Of a DNA stretch of 64,000 nucleotides, positions 43,262 to 56,325 are shown one piece after another. The DNA is taken from assembly GCA_964016885.1 (NCBI GenBank), contig OZ024740.1, positions 400,148,001-400,212,000 of the forward strand, read 5' to 3'. The notes beneath the pieces were generated by a model, which was given only the letters and a program-made list of their open reading frames with translations, was not told the DNA's origin and ran no database searches. The stretch comes from Eledone cirrhosa. Its lineage: Eukaryota. Position numbers and translations under genes: made by a program. The number at the start of each line of letters is the position of its first letter. Within the stretch, counting starts at the first letter, position 1.

Positions 43262-43983
43262 TGTTTACATGCCAACGCAAGAGCAAGAATGAGGAGCTCA
43301 TTCTACTGGCATGGCTTTAAAAATGAGGCTTGTTTGCATAATTCCCAACGAATCGAATATTATTATTAATATTCGAAAAGTTCAGATTACATTTATTGTA
43401 TTCAGCCATGTAGAGCGAAATTTTCTTTTTTTTTAATATGGCAAAGCCGTCTATTGATCGCTTGTATACAGGAAATTGACTGGCCAGTCTCCTGATATGC
43501 AAATCTGGCTGATCAGTGGATCTACAAATAATTTATTTCTAGGACATAATTACATAAATGTTCAGCTTGTATGTACAAATGACACGAGGTATTAAATGTA
43601 TGAGTAACTTTGGAAAGGTTACAATTTACATGAAAATATATAGGGTTAGCATCCAGGATCCTGTAATACAAAATTGAACTTCATATTGTTGCAACATGAC
43701 TGGGAAATGCTTTGTGTATGTGTGTGAGTGTGTAAATTATAAAGAATTACAGAGAGGACGAACGATCTCAGCAATATATAAGGTGATACACACACACAAA
43801 CTTACAAACAATACACAACATCTCACATATTTCCCCTTTTCTATTCTTTGTTTTTTAATCTATTTAATATTGTACTCTCCTGATGACAGACTAACATCCA
43901 ATACGTCGAACAGTTTTCTCTCTTTCATCTAAAGCATAAATCTAATAACACTAATTGTTTTGTATCTCTGTGTATTGTCATTT

Positions 43984-44056
<73 letters not shown>

Positions 44057-44074
44057 ATATATTTATATATATAT

Positions 44075-44516
44075 TGTTATACTTTGGGAGGGTCATGATG
44101 CCAAAAAAAAAACAAAAAAACACACACGCACCAGTTGGTTTTCATTTCAATTTATTATAAATTTCCGGTTGGTCGGTTCGATAACCGGAAGGTTGTTTAT
44201 ATATTATCAAAGCTTTTACGTCACACATACTGTGACCTCCTCAGTGACTAGGTTTTTATTTTGTGTGTCTCTCCTTTGTTCTGTCCTACAGAACACAACA
44301 CACAACACCAAGATGGTGTAGGACAGAACAAAAGAGAGACACAGAAAATAATAACCTAGTCACTGAGGAAGTCACAGTATGTGTGACGAAAGAGCTTTGA
44401 CAATATATAAACAACCTTCTGGTTATCGAACCAACCGAAAATTTATAATAAATTGAAGTGAAAACCAACTGGTGTGTGTGTTTTAATTGGCAGCATCAGC
44501 CGCCTAAAGTATAACA
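44075..44516. repeat. ~200-bp-arm inverted repeat with a hammerhead motif in each arm
   Basis: 44075-44290 is the inverse of 44317-44516; + arm 44359-44401 gtca CTGAGGA a gtcaca gtatg tgtgac GAAA gagc TT tgac. Confidence 0.8.
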
Positions 44517-44645
44517 ACATCTGTTTCAACACACGTTTTCAGAAATCTCGCAAAACATATTTAAAAACGAACGTTTATACATAACAAAGAGTTCAGATCT
44601 AGCTGTCGAAACGGCCGGAGATCAGCCGTCGGGTTCCTGACTCCC

Positions 44646-44711
<66 letters not shown>

Positions 44712-44752
44712 TATGTGTGAATGTATGCGTGTACAGAGAGAGAGATTGAGAG

Positions 44753-44811
<59 letters not shown>

Positions 44812-44884
44812 TGTGTGTGTGTGAGTGAGATAGTTAAAATCCTAACCGCGGCGCCAAGCTGAAACCACTTGGCGCCGCGGTCAG

Positions 44885-44931
<47 letters not shown>

Positions 44932-45039
44932 AAAAAAAAAATGCCTGTGCCGTGAAGCTTTTATAGTGAGCAAAGGCACTGCACAAAGCCAGTCCCACTC
45001 TCTTAACCAAGATGATATTTACCAAAAAGAAGAACAAGT

Positions 45040-45429
45040 CAACATCATTGGATACCATCAGAGTTGCAGGTGTTATATCAGAGTCTTCCTTCTCCTAGAA
45101 TTCTGCCTTGACAAAGGCTAAGGGGTCATCTCTCCCGGTGATTTTGGATGGCCATTGACTCTTAAGAGCTCCTTTGCCCTTTGACAAGTTTTGTTTTTAG
45201 TCCTGCAGGATGTCCAAAGTCACCCTCCTCACCAAGAAACCTTGGTGGGGTTGCCAGTTTAGTCACCAACGACCCGACCATGAGACAGGTTGTACTGGGA
45301 TACATGTTACCAGTAGCACCAACTGGTGACCTGGCTGGACTAAAAAGTCACACTCGTTCAGCGCATCGATAGGGGTTCTCCTACATGGATATAAAGTAGT
45401 GGCCGTACTCGAAAACGAGTTGGCAGCCA

Positions 45430-45431
<2 letters not shown>
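45040..45431 (-). mobile_element. Probable RTE-clade LINE 5' UTR
   Basis: GC-richer structured block; minus strand ggcagaattctaggagaaggaagactctgat resembles a motif I recall from RTE 5' UTRs. Confidence 0.4.
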
Positions 45432-45512
<81 letters not shown>

Positions 45513-47457
45513 TATATATATACATATATATATATACATATATATATACACACAGACACACACATATATATATGTATACAGATATATACATATAGACATA
45601 CACGTGGCTTAATATGGCTGACTAGTACTTGTTCAACACTTGAAGAACGAATAACAAAATCAGTTACAGTAGCATATCAAATTCAGAAGCAAATGAGATA
45701 GAGACAACAAATAGATAGACAGAGGAAGAGAAACATAAAGGGAGAGAGAAATTTTTTTACTATTCAGGATTATGTATTCACACAGTGTCATATTGTACAC
45801 CTTCCTCTAGTTTCTTTCACTTTATACCTTTTATGTTTATTTATAATAAATATTCTTATTAGTACAAAAGCAGAAATTTACTCACGACGCTTATCTCTAA
45901 TAATACACAGAATAAATGCAATTCAGCTTACCATATGTCACTGCGTTCAATGCTTGCAGAACGCTATTATTGCAGTATAACGCACACGCACAAAACCGCA
46001 AACCAGCCCCCCACCACACACATACACACACATACACACACAAACACACACACGCATACACATAGACACATGCAATCACACATAAACATACACACACAAT
46101 AAAACGAAAATGTATGTACACTGATATGATACATGCATACAAACATGCAACCGTACAGGCATACAGATATACAGACATACATATATAAAACATTTTATAA
46201 TTCAATAAAATACAACGCAACATATTTTAATGTACAATTTACCTCAAAGCGGAGGCTTCAATTGCAATACTAACAAGGCAATTCTGTTATCATACTCGAA
46301 ACAAGGTAAAAATTTAACTTCAGAATTTGAATAATTTTCCATTTACAATCTAGCTTCAAAAGATATTGATATTGAAATGAGCACGATAAAATAACTAATA
46401 AATAACGAAATGAGTGAATAAATTTAATGAACAAATACCTTATCAAAATGAGCAACCATTTTCATTTGATAAATGTTAATGGTGAAAGAAGTAAATAACA
46501 ACTTCTAATGGTTTATTTGAAATTTCTCCGAAGCTTTATAACCAAAATAAATAAAGTAATGATTTATAAATCAAATATCACAGCTAGTTAAGTTGAACGT
46601 GAAAAGATCGGCTTACAAATAAAAACAGCTAAATGTACTCCAGCTAGTAATAACTTGCTAACATCTATAGATGATTTCATAATCCATTCTTGTTTATGGT
46701 GTCCTTATGAATATCACTATATTCAGTGAAGCAAGAGCTCATTTGTGTGAGCGCATAAAGCTAAACAGTAAATTTCGAATATTTGCAAAGCAATACTGAC
46801 TTGTGTCAAGGGAGGTAATCAATCGCTGCTGTAACTACACGCTGCTAATTGAAGCGGTAAAAATGCAGTTTCAATGAGGAACGCCATATTGGAACGATTC
46901 ATACAATGAATTGCAAACTCTTCTTCAAGCAGTGAACACTATTTCTTTTCACTGAATATGAATAGAGTTAATGTGAAGGAATAAACTTTTACTGCCAACA
47001 TAATCGGATGTGTCTGAAAGGATTTCTACATCGGTGGACAGTCAGTTTTAACAAATGAAGTTGTTTTGTACCTTGCCATTGAAAGCAATTATTTGAAATA
47101 GTGTTTGAGACGCAATCTATATGTGTTTAAGAGTCATTCTCTATAAATGAAACGAAAAAGGTTCATTGGTCGATGTGAGTTGATCGTAAATAGAGAAATA
47201 GAAATCGGTGTTTAGTGTATAGTGGTGAAGTTCGGAAACGGATAAGGTGCAAACTGTTTAGTACATTACTTCTTTTATAGGAACTAAAATGAGATTTCCT
47301 TCATGTTTTTATGAAAATTAAGTGTTAATCTAGGAATGTATTGCAGAAAGGATAGTTATTCGTATTTAGCAGAATAGTTTTCTTTTTATCAGTAATATTA
47401 CTTTCTATCGGCAATAATAATGTTTGCAATTAAAAATGATAAATGGAATATATATAT

Positions 47458-47512
<55 letters not shown>

Positions 47513-48369
47513 TGGATAGATATAGAGAGAAACATGAGGTAAGAGGGAAAGAAAGAGAAAGTTAATAGTAGTGAGAAAGTGTTGGACAGAGAGGTGAAGA
47601 TATTGCAATATTGGTCTATAACTGAACATAAATAACTGAATATTAAAAACTTACAAAGATATTCATATGAACGTGCGCGCACACACACACACACACACAT
47701 GTAAGTATGTTGGTATGTATACATGCATGCATTTATGTTTGTACGATATATATATGTTAGCGGAGATAGAGACCGATTGCGATAAAGTAAGGCTATATAT
47801 AGATATAAATACGGCTGACTACAAAATAATGAAGTCTATCATATCATAAACCTCATGAGATTATATTCCAGTGCCCATGTAAAACACAGGCATATAAGCA
47901 TATTTTCGTAACACCTGTAATATATGAAATGTACCGTTATCCTAGAAGATTGGCCCTCAAGTTGTTTAATCAATGGATCAGCCTGCATTCACCAGATAAT
48001 TGTATACATAGCGTAATTCTCAGAAAGATTCAGCATGACACAGTGTACGATTAGGTTGGCCTTTTGAATTATATGTACACTCTATACAAAGGGCTTCCAA
48101 ACAGTTTTTGTCTACTTAATGTCATTCAAAATGTTTTGACAGAGCCGAAGCTATGTTAAAATCACACTTGTTCACGATGTTTGAGATTAGTATTTTATTG
48201 TTGCGAAGCGAACGTCTAAACAATTCTGACATGCTGCCCCACAAACACACTCTTATATAGTCAACTAATCAACCGAATGCTCATAAATGTATGTGCAAAC
48301 GACGAGAAGTAATAACGATGCTAGCAGAGCGATATGTTGAAAAAGAATACTGTTATCATTATTATTACG

Positions 48370-48512
48370 TGAGTTCAAATCCTGTCGAGGTTAGCTTTGC
48401 CTTTCATCCTTACTTCGTACGATAAAATAAAGTACAAGTAACGCACTGGAGTTGATTTAATCGTCCCCCTCCCAAATTTCTGGCCTTGTGCCTATAGTAG
48501 AAACAATGATTA
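48370..48512 (+). mobile_element. SINE family A, 5'-truncated
   Basis: gagttcaaatcctgtcgaggttagctttgcctttcatcc...gtagaaacaat. Confidence 0.8.
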
Positions 48513-49149
48513 TTAGAATAAACGACTTGCTTAGACGTGAGTTAAAAAGGAATATTATAGGAAAAGTTAAAATAAACACAGTTCAGTTTCCTTGTCGGGA
48601 TATGAAGCAGTGTCCTTTCAGCTGTTTGTCTTGTATTTTATGATTAGCACCATATATATGAAATAAAGTGTGTTAAAAAACATCGAAAAACTTAAAACAT
48701 CTAAGTAATTAGGAGGAAAATATCTAAAGGTGTCTAAAATCTAAAAGAAATATTAAGGAAATCAGATAATGCTAATTAATTTAAATTTTTGGTCAGCACA
48801 CAGTACAGACTTCAGAGGATATGATCCTTAAAGCAAAATGTTTAAAGTAAATAGCAGATTTTGGACTTATCGAACAATATTAGGCAAACATTATATTCTT
48901 TTGGTATGACTAAGTGTACTCCTATGATCAAAGGCGTTCCAGTATTGACCACCCTGACTTTTTAGGGGTATCTAGTGTTTTATTTTTTCCTTTTAATAAG
49001 GTAGAATGCAATATGACAGCTGCAACTTATTGCAGTTAAAGCGGCCACTTACAGATCCCTTCTTTGGAGCATGACAGTAAATATGTTGTTGTTGCAGCAG
49101 CAGCAGTATTAGAGAGTATGATGTTTTAAAAATTTATTTTGTACAAGGT

Positions 49150-49760
49150 TTACCTTCTACAAACAATTTGTCATTCAGACCCAATGCTCCAACTATAACT
49201 GGAATAGTGATGGCTTTCATAACCAACATTTTTTGAATTCCTGTTTCAAGGTCTTTGTATTTTGAACTTTTTTTGAAATATCTTAAAACGTACATTACAT
49301 AGAGCAGTCCGGTCTATTGGCTTCGATTGACCTGTCAGTATGTATTGTGTAATTCTTGCAGTATTATGGCATTACCAAATTCTGTCACCGGATCTGAATG
49401 GTGTTGATACCAGTTTTTTGTTGTTTCTTATCATAGCATTTACATATTTTCCAGTGGATGAACTACCCCACTCTGTAATGTCTGTATTTGTACTCAGATG
49501 GTGATAATGTAGTGCAGACATATATTAGGTGATCCACTGTTCGAGTATTTCTGTTCCAGAACCAGCATTTTGAATCATTATTTTTTTTACCAATATGCTT
49601 GCCTGATAATTTTTTATGGCAAGGCTAGGTCTTGTGCAGCAAGTATAAAACCTGTTTCGGCTCTCATTCCTGAACTGCACATCCGCTGCAAGGTGGATGT
49701 AATTACCGATATAACCGACCATATCATGAAGATAGCTGGCTGTCTTCTATCTGGTAAGTT
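49150..49760 (-). mobile_element. R4/Dong-like RLE retrotransposon C-terminal fragment, degenerate
   Basis: SSGMRAETGFILAAQDL, KNYQASIL, KNWYQHHSDPVTE, HTDRSIEANRPD, SKYKDLETGIQKMLVMKAITIPVIVGALG. Confidence 0.85.
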
Positions 49761-49956
49761 TGGCAAAGGAAATAATGTGGTGAACACGGTTCAAAAGATT
49801 AATGACAGTGCTTTTCATCTCAGTATATTCTCTCATCAACTCCTTCAAGTTGCACAACGAAGGTGACGGTAGAAAAAAACAAAACATTCTACTTATGCAA
49901 AATCAGTGCGACTGACACATTTGGTGTGGCTAAATGGTTCGCATTAAATCGGCAGT

Positions 49957-50139
49957 GGATTGGCAGTATCGGTAGAGGGTCGGACGCCATGCTTTAACGC
50001 ATAGAGTTACGGCCCTTGTCATTCTGAGTTCAAATTCCACTGAGGTTAACTTTGCCTTTCATCCTTACGGGGTCGATAAAATAAAGTACCAGTAATGCAC
50101 TGGATAATTGCTGGCCTTGTGCCAAAAGTAGAAACAATT
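49957..50139 (+). mobile_element. SINE family A, full length
   Basis: ggattggcagtatcggtagagggtcggacgcc...gagttcaaattcc...gtagaaacaatt; older degenerate copies follow at ~50395-50625. Confidence 0.85.
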
Positions 50140-52062
50140 AAATATGCAGCTACATGATGGCAGCAACAACTGGGAAAAGGTGCTTATTTTGGTGATAGGC
50201 TAATCAATTGGGCTCTATGTTAGGGCTCCTTTTTTGTTATTTAGTTATTATCTATACAAGTTTTCTTTCGTAATTATTATCTGTTTATTAATATGCCTTT
50301 ATTGATTCTTCTTCTTCCCAGACTTTTACTCGATGTAAATTCCTCGCCTTTTTATTGTCATCAACGTTTTGGACCTGCATGGCTACTATTATTCCGGGAT
50401 CGATAAAATAAAGTACCAACGAAGTACTTGGACCGATATAAATGACGCACCCCTTACCCAAATTGCTGGTCTTGTGTCAATGCTAGAAAGAATTATTCAA
50501 ATCCCGCTTAAATCAACTTCAGGGCAATAAAAGAAAGCACTAGTAACGCATTGGGAACGATTTAATCAACTTTTCCCCTTCCCTTCAAATTGCCGGCCTT
50601 GTACCAAAGGTAGAAACAATTATTATTAATCGCAGCACTATCATGTGGCTATAATATTGATAGGTTGATTAAAAGAGTTATTTAAGTCGTTGACAAATTG
50701 CTCTCGTATGGCTTCCTGTTTCCCCCACATTCCAGCCTACTCTACTCCTATTCCTTCTTCAGTTCCTTCCCTGCATATCGCTCCCTCACTCTACTACAAC
50801 ACACTCATGTACATGCTAGGATATTCTCCAGTCTCTCCACTCTATCTCTCCTTCTCAACAGCATCCTTTCGTCGCTTCTATTTCTATGTTTTTCCTTCAT
50901 CCATATCTACCTTGTATCTCTCTACAGCAACATCTCTCTGTCTCTACCATTTGATTGTTCCTTCCGATATTTTTCATGTTTTTTTTTTTAGTGTTTCATT
51001 CTCTATATCTCTCTCTCTATAGTCTCTCTGTTTCTTTCTCTGTATATATGTTTTGTTCTTTTCCTGTCTTCCCTTTTTGTGCTCTTTCTACATATCATTC
51101 TTTATTTTTCTTCTCTCTTCCTTGCTTTATCCTCCTTCCCAAACATGTTCCTTCTGTCATTGTCTCGTTTTATATCTAATTTCTTTCCTCTTTCCTCTTT
51201 CTCTCATTTTCTCTTACATATTCATATATTTTCTCAGATTTCCTTGTTTCTGGAACTGTCTCTTCTTTGTAAGAATCCATTGCCTCCTCTTCGACTCTTT
51301 CTCCCTCACACCACATCAACAATATCTCACCCCTTCCCAAGATGACGACGCCAACCATGACTGCCACGACGGTGGTGACAACGACGACCTCAACACCACG
51401 TCATAAAATAAGCCCCCCCCCCCAACACACAACCATCATATCTTTTATTGTTTGTATTGGTCCCAGTATTTTGAAAAACAAATTCTCCCGTGATATATTT
51501 AGGCAAAGTAATGTGCTGTAATAATTGCTGTTTGTCAAGTGAGCTAGCCAATGTGACAACGGATTGTTGTTTAAATGACAGTAAAGTCTGGGGTGGTGAC
51601 AGGAAGGGAGTGAGGGGTTTGAGCCGATCTCCGCGGCAGCAGAGCTGGAGGTCAGCCGTCTTGACCGTTATGAAGGATCAGCAATTAATCAGAAAGACTT
51701 GCTTGGATTGAAACCACCTCGCTTTTACAAGCTTAATTGATGCTAGGTAGGTGTGGGCGAATAGATGACAAGCTTACGTTGGGTTAGTTCGTTTGATAGT
51801 CAGAAGGTTTTACTGTTTTGAGGTCTAGTGCGCAAGAATTGTCAATTGTATGACGTATTCCGGCATAAAAATGACACTACAATGCAACCACATTCTAATA
51901 ATAATAACCATAATAATGATATGACTGATTTATCCATAGGACGGTCTAATGAAAATAAAAGTAAAAATATACACTAGAAAAATGAAAGTAAACGGAATAT
52001 AAAAATAAGTATGAGAAAATAAAATAAAACAGAAGAGAAGAGACAATATGATTCGGCACAAA

Positions 52063-52099
<37 letters not shown>

Positions 52100-52100
<1 letters not shown>

Positions 52101-52569
52101 AAATACGTATTTAAGAAAGCCACAACAATGCAGAGGGAAATCTCGAGGTAGGAAGTGAAAGATAGATAGGAAAAACAGGTGAAAGTGAAAATTGAGAGAG
52201 ACAAAGATGAAAACAAAACAAAGGTAGAAGGGTTACCGTAGTAGAGATTTAATCCCAATATTTCGGGCTCACGCCCATCAACGGGGGAAAGTTCCAAAAG
52301 GGGGGGAACAGGCATTCCTGTCTTAACGACATCACAACTTTCTCCGCTTGGCCTGTTCCCCCCCCCCCTTTTGGAACTTTCCCCCGTTGATGGGCGTGAG
52401 CCCGAAATATTGGGATTAAATCTCTACTACGGTAACCCTTCTACCTTTGTTTTGTTTTCATCTTTGTCTCTCTCAATTTTCACTTTCACCTGTTTTTCCT
52501 ATCTATCTTTCACTTCCTACCTCGAGATTTCCCTCTGCATTGTTGTGGCTTTCTTAAATACGTATTTTA
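52100..52569. repeat. ~215-bp essentially perfect inverted repeat between two (TA)n tracts
   Basis: ORFs 51974..52315(-) and 52371..52691(+) share an identical ~65-aa translation; degenerate hammerhead tcccccgttgat gggc gtga gccc GAAA tatt ggga in each arm. Confidence 0.9.
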
Positions 52570-52606
52570 CACATTTCACAATGCTTCAAGCAAACTTTAA
52601 CACCCT

Positions 52607-52685
<79 letters not shown>

Positions 52686-53149
52686 TTGTGAGTATAGAAA
52701 AAATCCGTAGGTGTGAAAAAAGAAAAACGATAAAAGTACTCAATCAGGGATGAGAGCTGATATATTATATTATATAATATTTATATTATATTATATTATT
52801 TATGTATGTTCATATACGGAACACTAGCGCCACCTAATGATTCAAGGCCTAGCTCCAGGTTGCAAGAGGACTAAAAATTGTGACATTATCTTCAGCCACT
52901 TAGACGAGTTTGAAGATATCGTTAAAGCTATAGTCCGCTAAAACGCTAGTTTACGGAAAACGTATTATAATAAAGGGAAATAACTCAAACATATAAATTT
53001 GAAATAGCAAAAGAGTTGTACACTTGTCGTATCGTGCACGATAACAGATGTATGATATTATGTGGTGATATGTAATACAGAGATGATCATATTTATTAAG
53101 GTAAGGAGTAGAATAGTATAGACGGTGTAATATATTATGTAAGTTTGGA

Positions 53150-53268
53150 AAAAGAAAAAAGAAAAAAGAAAAAAGAAAAAAGAAAAAAGAAAAAAGAAAA
53201 AAGAAAAAAGAAAAAAGAAAAAAGAAAAAAGAAAAAAGAAAAAAGAAAAAAGAAAAAAGAAAAAAGAA
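53150..53268 (+). repeat. (GAAAAAA)n heptamer repeat
   Basis: Direct reading. Confidence 0.95.
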
Positions 53269-53344
53269 AAGATATTAAGAAAGATATCCTATTTGTATAG
53301 CAAATGTATGAGATAAAAATTACTGCAAAGAGTATACGCGATGT

Positions 53345-53640
53345 AAATCCAAGCTGCTCTTGTAGAATTAAAGAGAACTGCCCTCTTTAAGAGAAATGTA
53401 ATATAAAATCCGTTGTGTATGAGGCAGAGATTAGACACAACACCACTGAAAATTCTAAATTCAGCAAAAGATATGTTGGTATGATGCAAGATTGTTTTAA
53501 GCAGCCATTTTAGTCGCATTTCCATTCCTTCAGGAATCCTGATATGAGAACCAGCATGGCCTTGGCAAAGAATATGGAAATTAAAGGAGAAAGCTGTCCG
53601 ACATAAGATTATTTGGAAGGTAGCTGAAAGATCCACATTC
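53345..53640 (+). mobile_element. Penelope-like GIY-YIG fragment
   Basis: NCPL*EKCNIKSVVYEAEI...KRYVGMMQDCFKQPF*SHFHSFRN...IWKLKEK...IIWKV. Confidence 0.8.
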
Positions 53641-53653
53641 TAAACTATTCTAC

Positions 53654-53727
<74 letters not shown>

Positions 53728-54148
53728 TAAGATAGAAATTAGACCCCGAAAACGAATGGTTTTAGCCCTGAAACTGCTTGCGCATCTGGTCAAATGTCTG
53801 CCTCATTTATACTAACCCTGCACACCTCCATGCATAAAGTACAACTCTCAATTGTGAACTTCCACGGTCCTCGTATCGCAGACACACGCAAATACTCCCC
53901 TATCGCTCTCTCTCTCGCTCTCTCTCTCTCTATATATATATATGTGTGCGTGTGTGTATGTGTGTGTGTGTGTATGAGAGATGCACACTCTCTCACACAC
54001 TCGCTCTCTCTTCTCTCTCTCTCTCTGTATATATATATATATATATATGTGTGTGTGCGTGTGTGTGTGTATGAGAGATGCACACTCTCTCACACACTCG
54101 CTCTCTCTTCTCCCCCTCTCTCTCTCTCTCTCTACATATATATATATA

Positions 54149-54337
54149 TGGATTGGCAGTATCGGTAGAGGGTATGACGCCTTGCTTTCCAGAAGAGAGT
54201 TACGTCCCTTCACAGTTTGGGTTCAAATCCCGCCGAGATTAACTTTGCCTTTCATCCTTACGGGATCGATAAAATAAAGTACCAGTAATGCGCTGGGATA
54301 ATTATTGGCCTTCTGCCAAAAGTAGAAACAATTATTA
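54149..54337 (+). mobile_element. SINE family A, full length
   Basis: A box tggcagtatcggtag; B box gggttcaaatccc. Confidence 0.85.
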
Positions 54338-55734
54338 TATATGTGTGTGTGTGTGTGATCCACACGAAAATCCCTATTTCTAAGAATTATGTTGCTGTCC
54401 GTGCTCCGTTTATTGTTTAAAAAAACATATATAATAAATTTATTACCATATGTTTACCTATTCATTCATCTTTACATTTCATTGCTCTTCCAACTCCTAT
54501 GACCGAAATTTCTACGTAGTATATGAGTAATACCATTAATTCATTTCGATTAAAATAATAAAGTCTACAATAAGGGGATAATCCACATTTTAAAAAAACA
54601 AGAGGATTACCTCCTTCGTGGCTCTTGTTTTATATGACATTATTTCTAAAATTGATATTCTGCTAGAACGTGAACTTTCTAGTTTTTCCTTACAACATCT
54701 ATTAGATTCATAAAACATTCCTCTTCAATGTTAGAAACTACGTTTCATAATTTCTCAAACTGTTAGAATAATACCCGGAACCACATGGGTATTAAAGAGA
54801 GAGAGAGAGAGAGATAGAAAGAGAGAGAGAGAGAGAGAGAGTGTGTGTATCAGAGAGAGAGAGAGAATCAGAGAGCAAAGGAGAGTGAGTGAGAGGGAGA
54901 GAGGGAAAGCAGGAGTATAAAGATCAGATATAGAGCGAGAGAAGTGTATTTTTATTCTAGCAATCAGTAATTACATTTGGTCTAAATGTGCTTCAGACTT
55001 ATATTTCAACATATTTCGTAATATTATAAAGTAGTGCAAGTAAGGAGAGAATAAAAAGTTATGAGGGTCCTTCAGATAACATTTAAAAAATGCAAATGCA
55101 ATAAATAGCCACAATCAATCATTGCCTTAAGAACAGCAATAAGCTTAAGAAGCAATTTGCTAATGTTATTCGAATTTCCTGCCCCCAAAGAAGACGACTA
55201 AAATCTGCTACGATTATTATCTCGAGGGAAAGAGGCTCTTATCGTTATTAGAAATGGTAGACGTCTGTTGAGAATCACAGATGTCCGGATTCATAGGGTA
55301 TCGGACTACCAACCGAACATTTGACAGTTTTAATTCCCTCACTAGTACTGCTCTGTAACCATGGCCAGTATATGTTTCCATGGTTAAAATCTAGGCACAG
55401 CTTTCTGTTGGAGGCATTTGATTCATGGAATAATGAACGAAAATTTCACTTCCCATAGAATCCACTGGAAATAGGGTAGATTCCTCAATATCACCCAAAT
55501 GTCATTCACAATTCGATTATGACAGAAGACGGTTACATAGCAATAAAAATTGTGTTTCTGTTTACAATATTTCTTTTAGTAGATTCGTATACTTCGACAG
55601 ATATGAATTGGAAAGCCCGAATAAATATTTAAATTCAAACAACACGATTATTTTAATCTTTAAATATGGGATTTTGGAATAAGTTGTTACTTTCTTTAAA
55701 AAACATATATGAAAATACTGATTCTTATTCCCTG

Positions 55735-56325
55735 ATAGCGGTGCCAATGATCTCAATGCGTTTGGTGTCCAGCACCACTACGGTGACGTCCTCAGCATAT
55801 ACTGAAATGGATCTCCCGCATCCCAGTTTCAACGGGACGCCATTCAACGTCTCCAACTTGTATAGTAGTGTATTGAGAGACAGTACTTACATCAGGGACG
55901 TGAAGGGACAAACTTGCCGGACTAAGAACAGTCCTTGGGAGTTGACAATTAACTTTGACCATAGAGCAGATTTCGTTGTACATTGCACCGATCTATCCAC
56001 TGAACACATCCACCAGGTATCGGTGGTCGACGCTATACAAAGCTTTCGATTTATCTAAGTTGATCAAGGCCCCTGCCGTGTTAAGTTCCTTAGCCCCCTC
56101 CTCTTTATGCTGTATTGCATGAGGTGACGTTTGTCATGGATGGATCTGTCCGGGGTGGCGCAGTTCTCGCTTCTCTTGCCAACCTACCGACGGCAAGCGC
56201 CTCGTCGCTAACACCTTGGCCAACATTTAAACTCTGCATTTAGCAGAGTTATGGGCCTAACATTCTAAATATAATTCTTCTTGTTCGAGTCATTTCTTAG
56301 CAGCGCTACCACACCTCGGGTATGA
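55735..56325 (-). mobile_element. Tx1/L1-clade LINE RT fragment, degenerate
   Basis: RGVVALLR, RPITLLNAEFK, GALINLDKSKALYSVDHRYL, YAEDVTVVV. Confidence 0.85.

Larger units (their letters stand above)
42549..43520 (+). mobile_element. ORF-less hammerhead element (~368-bp unit) with inverted 5' arms, interrupted by SINEs
   Basis: 43116-43149 repeats at 43483-43517; 42553-42712 is the inverse of ~43260-43421; hammerhead at 43213-43261. Confidence 0.7.

Noticed and set aside
49957-50045. tRNA-like A/B boxes
   Set aside because: These are SINE heads; no complete cloverleaf or standalone tRNA gene
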